From positions 896,001-960,000 of the forward strand of contig OZ252287.1 in assembly GCA_965250085.1 (NCBI GenBank): DNA of 64,000 nt, given 5' to 3'. Of the stretch, positions 39,701-47,415 are shown piece after piece (position 1 is the first letter of the stretch; each line of letters starts with the position of its first letter). The translations under genes were made by a program, and so were the position numbers. Source of the stretch: Candidatus Altimarinota bacterium. GTDB lineage: Bacteria > Patescibacteriota > Gracilibacteria > CAIRYL01. The notes under the pieces are model-generated. The model did no database searches and had not been told where the DNA came from. It worked only from the letters and a program-made list of their open reading frames with translations.

Positions 39701-41167
39701 ATTGAGTTCAATATCACCGTTAAAATCAAGATATGATGACGATACAAGAGATTCTCCATCGTGAAGATCATGAAGGCCATGATTAAGAGGTATTACTTCT
39801 TCTGTCAGATCGCCATTCCCCTGATTCAGGTACAGCTTCATTTCATACTCATCATTTCCTACATATCGATTAGCAAAATAATCTTGCCAGCCATCGCTAT
39901 TATAATCGCCAAAAATATAGTGGTAGAGTCTATTTTGCCAATGTCCCCCTAAATTCGGATCCCAATAAGCCGGAAAATCAAGAGAGAATGACCGGGAACC
40001 ATCATAGGATTCATACTCAAACACAGTGGGAGGAAGGGACAGCTCACTTCCATTGGAGACCCCCTTTTGTTCTACGTTTTCCAGAAAAACAATGGTGTCC
40101 TGAGTGGCATAAGAAAATGTATACACGACTTTGTCTCCCGAAAATGGATCGATGACTTCTATCTGATCCAATACATCTCGTTGCTCCACCACTGGAAACA
40201 GTCTGGAATACGATGGGAGCATATCAAATTGTTCAATAGTGCCGGAAAAATAGGGTTCAAAACGAACTTCATAGGGCTGAGTTTCATTTCCATACACAAT
40301 ACGCTGTAAATAGACAGCTCCCTGACTTTTGGTATATTCATACGATATTGTATTGCCATTGGTATCTTTCATTTCCGTAACATACCAGGCGTACATCCTG
40401 CCTCCATCATCACTCTGCTCCCGTGCATCTGACATGGTTCCAAAACGATATATTGTGCCGGTAGCATCAATAATTTCCCAGGTATTATCTATTTTGAATT
40501 CATGGCGCACTACTCCAGCCTGTACCTTGGGAATGTACGTTCCATATCCATTGGCATCAATAGATTCAATGGTGAGTTCTCCACTGCCACCGGCAAAAGG
40601 AGAGAGGAAATTGTTGTTCGTGTACAGATCTTCTACCCCCGTGCGTGAGTATCGTTCTATCTTGGGAAGACTCAAACTCCATCCGGTGCCCAGTTCAGAA
40701 TTGACTTCTTTATTGCTGGCGGAATAGCTCAATTGAACTGAAGGAGTAAAGCCATTCCTTCCGGGTGGCACGAAAATGGGATATGAATACTGCACATCTC
40801 CGGTGAATTCACTCACGGTGTATTCACCACCGAGACCGACAACATTGCTCAAAGGATCCAAATTCATTTCTGGCACAAAGGTAAAATCATCATCTTGTCC
40901 GACTGCATTAGCAGATGAAGAAGCGGCAGACTCAAGAGATTCAGAATCTTGTGTTTCAAGAAGAGGTTCAGCAGAAGATAGTTCTTCGGAAGAATCTTCT
41001 CCAACAGGATTTTCCGCCTCATTGGTAGCAATTGATTCTTCTATAGCCTCTTGTGAATCCAATGTTACAGATTCATCTACCGTCGAAGCGTCCTGTGCAA
41101 ATGCGACAGGCAATATTCCTCCTTGAAGGAGGATAAAAGTACATAAAAAACATAATAATTTTTGCAT
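33797..41167 (-). CDS. 2456-aa secreted SpvB/FG-GAP/YD-repeat RHS polymorphic toxin with alpha/beta-hydrolase tip
   Basis: Signal peptide (..PVAFA-Q); SpvB-like YSYPIFVPPGRNGFTPSVQLSYS; DxNxDGxxD repeats; many YD repeats; three Ig-like repeats; RHS core; NPLGAIDPDG; GHSHGG. Confidence 0.95.
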   Translation of the reverse strand: MQKLLCFLCTFILLQGGILPVAFAQDASTVDESVTLDSQEAIEESIATNEAENPVGEDSSEELSSAEPLLETQDSESLESAASSSANAVGQDDDFTFVPEMNLDPLSNVVGLGGEYTVSEFTGDVQYSYPIFVPPGRNGFTPSVQLSYSASNKEVNSELGTGWSLSLPKIERYSRTGVEDLYTNNNFLSPFAGGSGELTIESIDANGYGTYIPKVQAGVVRHEFKIDNTWEIIDATGTIYRFGTMSDAREQSDDGGRMYAWYVTEMKDTNGNTISYEYTKSQGAVYLQRIVYGNETQPYEVRFEPYFSGTIEQFDMLPSYSRLFPVVEQRDVLDQIEVIDPFSGDKVVYTFSYATQDTIVFLENVEQKGVSNGSELSLPPTVFEYESYDGSRSFSLDFPAYWDPNLGGHWQNRLYHYIFGDYNSDGWQDYFANRYVGNDEYEMKLYLNQGNGDLTEEVIPLNHGLHDLHDGESLVSSSYLDFNGDIELNHCVDDGNNQSDRFVCDPNEPFQWLLSENAEYKYGYFFLDVNKDSLLDAFNYGERRRNNTKDYIFYKNNGQGADRWLDEDDTNHAWYIPNDVYHQAGSTFIDINNDGLDDLVHDYQYEAFYDYDYENPIPGSFVESKKILLNTGEGWDDITEELILPARMYEQRGQDCNSSSTPGENSCEYDGYLADAKLMDINRDGLPDMYFQSLGMVYLNNGNGWEDAFIQRNDLKFGNPNNPDAHAVYDFTDINHDGIQEKYIRYRYREMDEGNISPELEDVIFDLPVLTSVTSPLGGSASFEYTPASSYTNADGSAANIELPIPRLTLSKLSTNDGLGNTSEINYEYTGGKMYRNHVQEQELLGFQTVTKTLPDGSKVVTEYEQGSPSQNFAGKGSLKNQKIYTPVGDVLQEVKNFYDIKPRGTNSYESLLEKNIALTYSEQSSVNYKATASEFSYDAYGNMTQQIDYGEVNAVDGAGNFTDIGSDTLTSNIEYALSTTDHILSLPKRQELLDNGGNVIGESKMYYDDLPLGQVSIGNRTERSQLSVVSSQQWISTKTQYNGYGLPTKITNPRGYDTNIIYDSVNLYPKTITNAKSHSTNYEYNYLFGVPTQVTDPNGAKSITVLDSLGRVVESRVTNPASPANEVTAATYSYNTSSVPNSVTTTTHTHTPSLFRKEGLGEILIEGIVYLDGFGRTIQTRTEAEGSNQYTVLSTQYDNRGNVEKQTLPTFETGSSYDSSQLQTPGSQLSYDTINRVTSITTPVGTTSTSYDQWSQTVTDANGHSKDFASDARGNLVQVTEHLDGSTFNTNYTYDQLNNLTKITDAKGNERSMTYDLLGRRLTMQDLHTSGDTTFGTWSYDYDANSNLISQIDPKDQEITYAYDELDRVLTESSRTLPAPDSQLQATYTYDLGTHGTGRLRRIVSSAVEKDYAYDILGRVLSESKDINATTYTTSFTYDLVGNQLSITYPDGKTAVEYGYGRAGQLETVSQCFSDSDIGMTNGCDGLSSSPVITNIDSSPIGRISQIDSANGVSTVNTYDINQIYRLTNKTTIVEAQNLEPLLQDISYTFDPVGNITQIVDASSTNSAKTVNYTYDDLDRLLSATVTNAANGDNYTREFTYDIIGNMLSHSEAGTYAYAGGGSATSSGTTANPHAVTQIITPKVKGKSQTVPYTYDKNGNLLSNDTWTHSWDYKDRMLSSTDGVSTVNYEYDEGGARVKKVNATSGKETIYVNEYSDIEDGEVKNFVSLPAGGMKVATLSNAEIVPGSPPPSGGGNGNGNGNGNGNGNNGRSSYLDIPSVFSSMLFSSAHAQGNIPPTFTFLFPAFDQDNGADQSFLITWTDSDPDDDASIDVRYHDGTEFVSVTSPLLSEDDTTDSFLWDTSAIPEGEYPLSAIIDDGVNAPVIAYSGGSVFVYHEGGGSGNTAPSLTIVEPDGTDDTADTSFGITWTDDDPDDDASLSFFSDADNSGADGRLLVATSEDDATDSYTWDTTDLLSGDYYVYGVIDDEVNPPVTVYSAGPVTVDHGDTGGTNNTPPTLTLVEPDGVDDTADTSFVITWTDSDPDDDASVSFFSDTDTEGFDGRSINEQGISEDDVSDSYTWDTSGLPEGDQYVYGVIDDGVNAPVMVYSSGAITVDHGNGGGGEPPAEGGTPAIVYHHADHLTGSNVDTDDMGNVLEVLDYYPYGDVRLDEQSSSYENDYKFTGKEKDEDTGLYYYEARYYDSGIGRFVSVDPIARYIPETFLTDPQQSNSYTYVRNNPLGAIDPDGLLTIFIHGTVLPRKDANPFSESYMKKASADLGDNKYINMRWSGGNNKSERSVAAMALAKYINEHYEFAEGEQLNIVGHSHGGNVAIEAINNERIRRNVDALVLLATPNRSDYELDTTNIHEVYNVYHVEDIVQWAGAEGTDEKPRHPWRGASGTSNLEFNQPLSYTQEKIDIHSWIRSDQAWSDIGTMIRSLRNRETIKKKQEEGSKE

Positions 41168-41744
41168 AGTCTAAAAAGAAAAAATTAAAAGACTAGAGCC
41201 TCTCCACTTTTTGTGGAACTAGGCTTTTAGGATCTGTTTCCGCAAAACTCTCCATTTTCTGCTATTCCTCCAGACACTTCTCCAGCCTCTTCGCCTTATC
41301 CAATACATCATCGCAGCATTCCAATGGATCGGAGGCAAACTCGTCATACGATAATAAAAATGAATAAAAATATAAAAATACCGAATAAGTAAACAATATA
41401 CTATATAATTTATTTAAAATAATTCCTCTGGAGACCCCATATTTCTCTAAAAAGCAAGAAGTGGTCAATGATTTTCTTTTACTTTTTAATAAACCCTTAA
41501 TGTTTCATTAAAGGTGTTTTTATGAAAAATGCATGGTTCTACTGCCTCAAAAGTCAGTATTTGCAATTCATATTTTTAAGAAGCGTCAAGAGTAAGTGAG
41601 AAAGTGAATCAATGAATCAGTATATAAGTTGTCAGTATATTCAATTACAAATTACGAATGACAAATTACGAATTCAGTGCTCGGTTCTCAGGGTCGAGAA
41701 AAGGGAGCCTTTATCAAAGATCTTTTTAAGAAAGGAAGCAAAAA

Positions 41745-41860
41745 CGTCATTCTGAGCGAATGAAATGAGCGAAGAATCTGAAAAATACTATACGAGAACT
41801 CTTTGACGCATACCGAAACGAGATCCTTCAGTCGTCACTTATTCCTCCTTCAGGATGACG
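41745..41860. repeat. REPIN-like inverted REP pair
   Basis: CGTCATTCTGAGCGAA...GAAGAATCT then AGATCCTTC...TTCAGGATGACG in inverted orientation, overlapping the tatD stop. Confidence 0.7.
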
Positions 41861-42623
41861 ACAAGCCAAAAAATTGTTCAGCATTTCCAGTCGTAATGCT
41901 GGCAAATTCTTCAAGCTCCATATTTCTCAAATCTGCAATATATCTCGCGGTGTCGGCGACAAATGCCGGTTCACATCGTTTGCCTCGATGAGGAACAGGA
42001 GCGAGGAACGGAGCATCGGTTTCGACCATAAGGTTTTCCAGAGGTATCTTTTTGGCGACGCGCTGAATCTGTAGGCTTTTGGGAAATGTGACAATGCCCG
42101 TAAAGGAAATCATTCCTCCCAATTCGATCACTCTCTCTGCAGTTTGAAAATCTTCAGAAAAACAGTGCCACACAAAAGGGTGTCCATCAAAACCCTGAAG
42201 CATGTCCAGTGTTTCATCTCGTGCAGATCTGGAATGAATGACGAGCGGCTTCTCCAGTTTTTTTGCCAGTTCAAAATGTTTCTCAAATGCATTTTTCTGG
42301 ATTCCTTCTAAAGGGTTGGTCTCACGAAAAAAATCGAAGCCCGTTTCTCCGATAGCGACAACTTTTTTGTGTTCAGCAAACTCTCTAATATGCTCAAAAT
42401 CTTTCTCAAAACTTTTTTCGATATCTGCCGGATGAATAGAAACAGCACCAAAACAATTTTTATACTTCTCAATAATGCGTAGTGTTTTTTGAGCATCTGG
42501 AACGCGACAACCGATACAAATCAATTTTTTTACGCCAGCATGATGTGCGCGCTGGAGAATTTCTGCGCGATCTGAGTCAAAACTTTCAAAATGAATATGA
42601 CAGTGGGAATCAATGAAACGCAT
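41850..42623 (-). CDS. tatD: TatD-family DNase
   Basis: IDSHCH, IHP, AIGETGFDF, LVIHSR, WHCFS, VETDAPFLAP. Confidence 0.95.
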   Translation of the reverse strand: MRFIDSHCHIHFESFDSDRAEILQRAHHAGVKKLICIGCRVPDAQKTLRIIEKYKNCFGAVSIHPADIEKSFEKDFEHIREFAEHKKVVAIGETGFDFFRETNPLEGIQKNAFEKHFELAKKLEKPLVIHSRSARDETLDMLQGFDGHPFVWHCFSEDFQTAERVIELGGMISFTGIVTFPKSLQIQRVAKKIPLENLMVETDAPFLAPVPHRGKRCEPAFVADTARYIADLRNMELEEFASITTGNAEQFFGLSSS

Positions 42624-42975
42624 TATGACTTTTTTAAAAAATCAAAAATGTCTATTGATAAATGTACAGAGCTCAATTACGAATTACAAATTACGAATTA
42701 CAAAAAAAATAAAAAAAGAAGAAGCTTGTCTGTTAGATATCTGTAGAGGAGGGGTTTCCTCCTCCATAAATACTTTAAGGTTGCGGCGGACAAGCAAAGA
42801 AGGGGGGAAGTAGAAAGAAAGGAACAACGCACTAACTGAATGATGAAATTCAGAACTTCTTTCGCCAAACGGGAATGAGTTAGTGCGTTCTTACAAAAGA
42901 AAAGATTGCATTTATTAAATTTTTATTCTATAATATACTTAGTTTCTCCTCATCTCCACACGCATATTTTTTTTC

Positions 42976-43260
42976 ATGTCTATGAGTGTTTCCAAATCTC
43001 AATATTCCTCACATCATATTGATACCAAGCATCCGGCAGTACAGCCAGTGTTGGAGGTGCTTGAAAAGCAACAAAGTGCACACTTCTTTCTCCAACGAAA
43101 ATTCAATCTTCTGCTCTTTGGGGCGCTATTTATTATCAGCATTCTTTCGCTTCTCTACGCAGAGGCAAAGATAGAAAACCATACGCAAGCAAATCTTCTG
43201 AGTGCACTTATGGCGCCAGAACAAGGGATGCATGCGGCAGGAGAGGAAGAAAGTGAGTGA
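42976..43260 (+). CDS. Hypothetical single-pass membrane protein
   Basis: 94-aa ORF with one TM; upstream TTGCAT-17 bp-TATAAT promoter-like sequence at 42906-42934. Confidence 0.65.
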   Translation: MSMSVSKSQYSSHHIDTKHPAVQPVLEVLEKQQSAHFFLQRKFNLLLFGALFIISILSLLYAEAKIENHTQANLLSALMAPEQGMHAAGEEESE

Positions 43261-43296
43261 GTGAATCAGTTGTCAGTATTTTCAATTACAAATTAT

Positions 43297-43325
43297 CCGC
43301 CTTCGCTAGGGCTACGGCGGACAGG
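43297..43325. repeat. REP-like palindrome flanked by heptamer repeats
   Basis: CCGCCTTCGCTAGGGCTACGGCGGACAGG; partial copy near 42775-42794. Confidence 0.55.
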
Positions 43326-43337
43326 CGAATTACGAAT

Positions 43338-43820
43338 TTAGAGTTTTACAAACCGCACATTGCACTTGGTCCATTCCAAATACTTCTGGAAGTCTGAAGA
43401 ACTGATGCCAATGGTAGCAGTATTGATATTGGGATGAAAGAACACGGTGTCGTATTCCAAAAGATCAGCGTCGATAATGACGTTTACTTCTTTCGCACTT
43501 TCATAGATAAGTCCCATAGGTGTTACTGATCCTGGAGTGAGGCAAAGGTATCTTTGAAGTCGCTCCGGAGAAGCAAAACTCAGCTTTGATTCTTTGGTGA
43601 GCTTTTTGATGAAACCAAGGTCAGCTTTTTTATGTCCTTCAATGACCACCAGATAGTGTTGATCTCCTTTTTTATTTCTCAAAAAGAGATTTTTGGTATG
43701 TCCCCCTGGAGGCATTGATTTTTTATACTGTTCTCCTTCTTCTACGGTAAAAATAGCAGGATGGGGATACTCGGTGTATTTGATGCCGAGGCTTTGGAGG
43801 AGTTGATACGGGTCTTGCAT
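43338..43820 (-). CDS. YbaK/ProX aminoacyl-tRNA editing domain protein
   Basis: HPAIFTVEE, HTKNLFLR, LSFAS, PGSVTPMG, FHPNINTAT. Confidence 0.92.
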   Translation of the reverse strand: MQDPYQLLQSLGIKYTEYPHPAIFTVEEGEQYKKSMPPGGHTKNLFLRNKKGDQHYLVVIEGHKKADLGFIKKLTKESKLSFASPERLQRYLCLTPGSVTPMGLIYESAKEVNVIIDADLLEYDTVFFHPNINTATIGISSSDFQKYLEWTKCNVRFVKL

Positions 43821-43859
43821 GGAGAGAATAGTTTTTAATATTAAAGCTTTGCAGAGACA

Positions 43860-44114
43860 CTACTGCCATTCACCAGAGATAAGGCGACTCTTTTTTGCAC
43901 GTGTCCATTTTTTAATCTGAATTTCGCGCTTACGTGCCTCAGACTTTGTTTCAAACAATTGGGAAGAGTACACCAACTGGAAAGGACCTTGATCCTTTGC
44001 AAATTGAGAACCCTTTCCAAGATTATGATCCTTGATGCGTCTCAGAGGATCTGGAGAGATCCCAGTATAAAATCTTCCCGTTCTTGCTTGGGCGATATAA
44101 ACATACCAAGACAT
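43860..44114 (-). CDS. Small GIY-YIG nuclease
   Basis: WYVYI...FYTGIS..RRIKDHN.G...ARKREIQIKKW. Confidence 0.9.
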   Translation of the reverse strand: MSWYVYIAQARTGRFYTGISPDPLRRIKDHNLGKGSQFAKDQGPFQLVYSSQLFETKSEARKREIQIKKWTRAKKSRLISGEWQ

Positions 44115-44190
44115 TTTTATTTCTTAAAGATAAGATCGAGGCCCTTCGATAAATACAGCGTAGCTGTATTTACTCAGGGTCATTCGACTC

Positions 44191-44262
44191 TTAGAGAACG
44201 GTTTCCCCCTAGAGAATGGCTAACCCTTAAAGAATGGTTTCCCCTTAGAGAATGGTTTACCA
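44191..44262. repeat. Four imperfect 18-bp tandem repeats inside a 10-bp inverted repeat
   Basis: TTAGAGAATGGTTTCCCC-like x4; CATTCGACTC (44181) and GAGTCGAATG (44285). Confidence 0.8.
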
Positions 44263-44292
44263 TGAGCGATCCCGCAAAGCGGGAGAGTCGAA

Positions 44293-44379
44293 TGGTGCCG
44301 ATGGAGAGACTCGAACTCTCACGAACCGAAGTTCACAGGCACCTGAAGCCTGCGTGTCTACCAATTCCACCACATCGGC
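44293..44379 (-). tRNA. tRNA-Leu(CAG)
   Basis: GCCGATG acceptor stem, CAGGC-TTCAGGT-GCCTG anticodon arm, long variable arm, GTTCGAGTC, encoded CCA. Confidence 0.96.
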
Positions 44380-44480
44380 GCAAAAAGTATTGTGGCAGAA
44401 ATAAAATATTTCGTCACGAAAAACCCGCCTCTGACATTCCTGTCAAAAGCGAATTATTCGGTCTTAAAATCGAGGAAAAA

Positions 44481-44726
44481 TTATCCCATATTCTCTCCAC
44501 CACCCTTCTTGTGGCAAGGGCATTTGTGAGCGAAGAGTTTCATTACTCCAGCAACACCAATAAGGAGATAGACGATATTTTCTACCGCCGGCATGCTCCC
44601 CAAGAGCATGTTGACAACATTCCAATTGCCGCCAAAAAAATGACTAAGGCCTACAAGACCCCAGTTGAGCGCTCCAATAACTACCAAGAGGCAGATGAGC
44701 TTACACATACTGCAAGGCTTTGACAT
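44481..44726 (-). CDS. DUF378 family small membrane protein
   Basis: LLVVIGALNWGLVG...NVV..LLG...IVYLLIGVAG. Confidence 0.9.
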   Translation of the reverse strand: MSKPCSMCKLICLLVVIGALNWGLVGLSHFFGGNWNVVNMLLGSMPAVENIVYLLIGVAGVMKLFAHKCPCHKKGGGENMG

Positions 44727-44932
44727 AAGAAAAGAGGGAAAGAAATAAAAAGCTGAGGTGAGTGTATCATTTTATCAGGAATTTTTACAATTTTCTGAAG
44801 CTCAGCGGTCATCGGCAAGGAAATACGTTGTCAGTTGTAAGTGGTCAGCAGGAAGAATCATGGGGCATCTTCGGGGCTGACAACGTATTTACCGACTTTC
44901 TAATTCACTTCTCTACGAGGTATGTACACCTC

Positions 44933-46447
44933 TCAGAACCGCGACCGGTATTGCAGCGCTTCAGCAACATGCTGTTTCTCAATATTTTTTTCTTTCGTAA
45001 GATCTGCAATAGTTCGCGCGACCTTTAGAATCCGATGGAACCCTCGGGCAGATAAATTCATCTGGCCCATAGCCATGCGAAGAATTTCTTTTGTCTGCAG
45101 GTCAACTCCGCAAAATTTTTTTACTTCTTCCACATGCATCTGCGCATTTGAAAAAATGGAAGACTCCTGAAATCTTTGCACTTGTATGTCACGAGCTTTT
45201 TGAACACGTTCTCGAATTCTACTGGAGCTTTCAGAAGGATGGTCTCCTGTGAGTTTTTCAAATTGGACCGGTGCGACATCTATATACAGATCTATACGAT
45301 CGAGTAATGGACCAGAAAGCTTCTTTCGATATTTAGGATCAATCTCAAATGAGGTTCCATCAGAACCAGGATCATACCCAGATGGACTCGGATTCATAGC
45401 GGCAATAAGGAGAAAGTTGCACGGAAAAGAAGCACTGCCACTTGCGCGAGAAATGGTGATGGTCCTGTCTTCAAGCGGCTGCCTCAAAACCTCAAGAGTA
45501 CTGGCGGGGAACTCCGCGAGTTCATCGAGAAAAAGGACTCCATGATGAGCGAGAGATATTTCTCCCGGACGAGGATCTTTGCCACCCCCCACCAAAGACA
45601 CACTCGACGCGGTATGGTGTACAACTCGGAAGGGACGAGCAGAAATAAGTGGAGATTCTGGCGGAAGAAGATTTGCTATGGAATAAATTTTTGTTGCCTC
45701 GAGTGCTTCTTCTTTTGTCATTTGTGGAAGAATGGATCGCACAGCGCGCGCCATGAGGGTCTTTCCAGACCCAGGGGTGCCATTCATAAGGATGTTGTGA
45801 CCACCTGCAGCGGCAATTTCCAGAGCTCTTTTGGCATTTTCCTGCCCTTTAATAGAAGCAAAGTCCTGAAGAGATTCTTCGCCCACTTCTATATCGTGCA
45901 TCTGAGTGGTAGGAGTGGGATCAAGAGCTTTCTCTCCCAGAAGGTGTGACAAAACCTCCAGGAAATTTTCGGCACCATAGACCTCAATACCTTCGACCAA
46001 GGCAGCCTCTTTGGCATTTACTTTGGGCAAAAAAACACGAGTATATCCTCTTTTTTTTGCCTCTGTGCAAATGGGAAGAACGCCATTTATGCTCCGCAAA
46101 TTACCATCAAGAGCCAATTCTCCAAGAAAGATGCTTTCCTGAAACACATTCGAAGAAACTTCCAGCTGATTATTAATAATAGTAATTCCCAGGGCAATAG
46201 GAAGATCAAACCCCGGACCAATTTTTCGAATGTCAGCTGGAGCTAAATTGACGGTAATACGAGTGCTGGGGAATCGAAACCCTGAATTTTTCACAGCTGA
46301 ACGAACTCTTTCTTTTGCTTCCTGAACAGCAGTGTCGCCCAACCCTACAATAAAGAATTTCGGCATGCCTCTGGCAACATCAACTTCAACTTCTACGGGG
46401 AGGCACTCCAGTCCCCGGACGGCCATGGAGTGAATTTTTATTGGCAT
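44933..46447 (-). CDS. comM: ComM/YifB Mg-chelatase-like AAA+ ATPase
   Basis: IVGLGD, ITVNLAPAD, GELALDG, GTPGSGKT, PGEISLAHHGVLFLDE, SGPLLDRID, ARTIADL. Confidence 0.95.
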   Translation of the reverse strand: MPIKIHSMAVRGLECLPVEVEVDVARGMPKFFIVGLGDTAVQEAKERVRSAVKNSGFRFPSTRITVNLAPADIRKIGPGFDLPIALGITIINNQLEVSSNVFQESIFLGELALDGNLRSINGVLPICTEAKKRGYTRVFLPKVNAKEAALVEGIEVYGAENFLEVLSHLLGEKALDPTPTTQMHDIEVGEESLQDFASIKGQENAKRALEIAAAGGHNILMNGTPGSGKTLMARAVRSILPQMTKEEALEATKIYSIANLLPPESPLISARPFRVVHHTASSVSLVGGGKDPRPGEISLAHHGVLFLDELAEFPASTLEVLRQPLEDRTITISRASGSASFPCNFLLIAAMNPSPSGYDPGSDGTSFEIDPKYRKKLSGPLLDRIDLYIDVAPVQFEKLTGDHPSESSSRIRERVQKARDIQVQRFQESSIFSNAQMHVEEVKKFCGVDLQTKEILRMAMGQMNLSARGFHRILKVARTIADLTKEKNIEKQHVAEALQYRSRF

Positions 46448-46588
46448 GAGCATTCTTAAAAAATCCTTCATACCAAAACAAAAATTTACACAGAGAGGGA
46501 AGAAAAAAAGGTAAAAACTTAAGAAGTGCTTAATAATTTCTTTAAAACTTTTCTTAAGAAACGTTTGATTTTAAAAAATTCGTGCAAT

Positions 46589-46622
46589 ACAAAAAAAGCA
46601 CAGCAAGCTGTACTCTTTTTGT
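46589..46622 (-). terminator. Intrinsic terminator (minus strand)
   Basis: Minus strand ACAAAAAGAGTACAGC-TT-GCTGTGCTTTTTTTGT. Confidence 0.65.
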
Positions 46623-47140
46623 TTGTGTATTTGTTCTGATAGTTCCGGCATCGGAAGACACGAAAGTGCTTGAGCGCGGAGTCAGAAACTTCATTGACGA
46701 GATGAAAATTCTCCACTGGCCTGGGGAAGTGTTTTGGTCTTTCCGTGACCTGCTCCATGGGTGTTCTTCGCGTCTCTCGGCAACCAGGGCTGAAAGGGAA
46801 AAACGGAGCAATTTTCGGTGTGGAATCTAGAGATCGTCGAGGTCTAAAGATCCGCATCGGAAAGTAAAGAAAGGAGAGCCTCTTCTCTATCCGCTCAAGA
46901 CAAATATTTTTTCTTCATGTGTGGTCGGAGAGAAGAACGGCTCACCTTTTCTCACTTTCTCGAAAGAGGAGAAAAGGATTGATATCAAGTGGTGGAAAGG
47001 AACAGGGGGTATGTATTTGTATTCTTTTATCCTTTTATATGAGGATGTATATTTGTTTTGAAGGGTTTTGAAACGAGTGGGAGAAGAAAGTGAAGACCGT
47101 TGTCGAAGGTTCGTTAGCCCATTTCTATCTCAACGTTTCA
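46590..47140 (-). ncRNA. Candidate ~550-nt structured non-coding RNA (unassigned)
   Basis: Bounded by a sigma70-like promoter and a terminator; several long hairpins; no convincing ORF. Confidence 0.4.
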
Positions 47141-47144
47141 GGCA

Positions 47145-47173
47145 ATCGTATCAAACGAAATACAAATTGTCAA
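47145..47173 (-). promoter_or_regulatory. Sigma70-type promoter
   Basis: TTGACA (47173-47168), 17-bp spacer, TACGAT (47150-47145). Confidence 0.65.
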
Positions 47174-47415
47174 CAGAAACCAATTGCGATATTCTATAAA
47201 CATTTCAAAAGGACACTTTAAAAAAAAATCAAAAATTCTAATATCAAAATCTGAAACAAAATCAAATGTTCAAAATTCAAAAAAATAGCAGAGATGAATG
47301 TTTTTAAAGTTAATTTTTTTAAGAATCAAAATTTGTTTTGAAATTCCGATTTCGCACTGTTTCGAATATATTGAAAATTATGCAGGTGTATACTCTATGC
47401 GTATTTTTTCACACA

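Noticed and set aside
44191-44262. Mini-CRISPR or coding repeat in ORF 43959-44723
   Set aside because: Repeats are contiguous without spacers; the ORF lies antisense across a tRNA and two real genes
46589-47173. tmRNA, RNase P RNA or SRP RNA
   Set aside because: A TCCACCA occurs near 46991 but with no T-arm; no GAGGAAAGTCC or SRP domain IV consensus found
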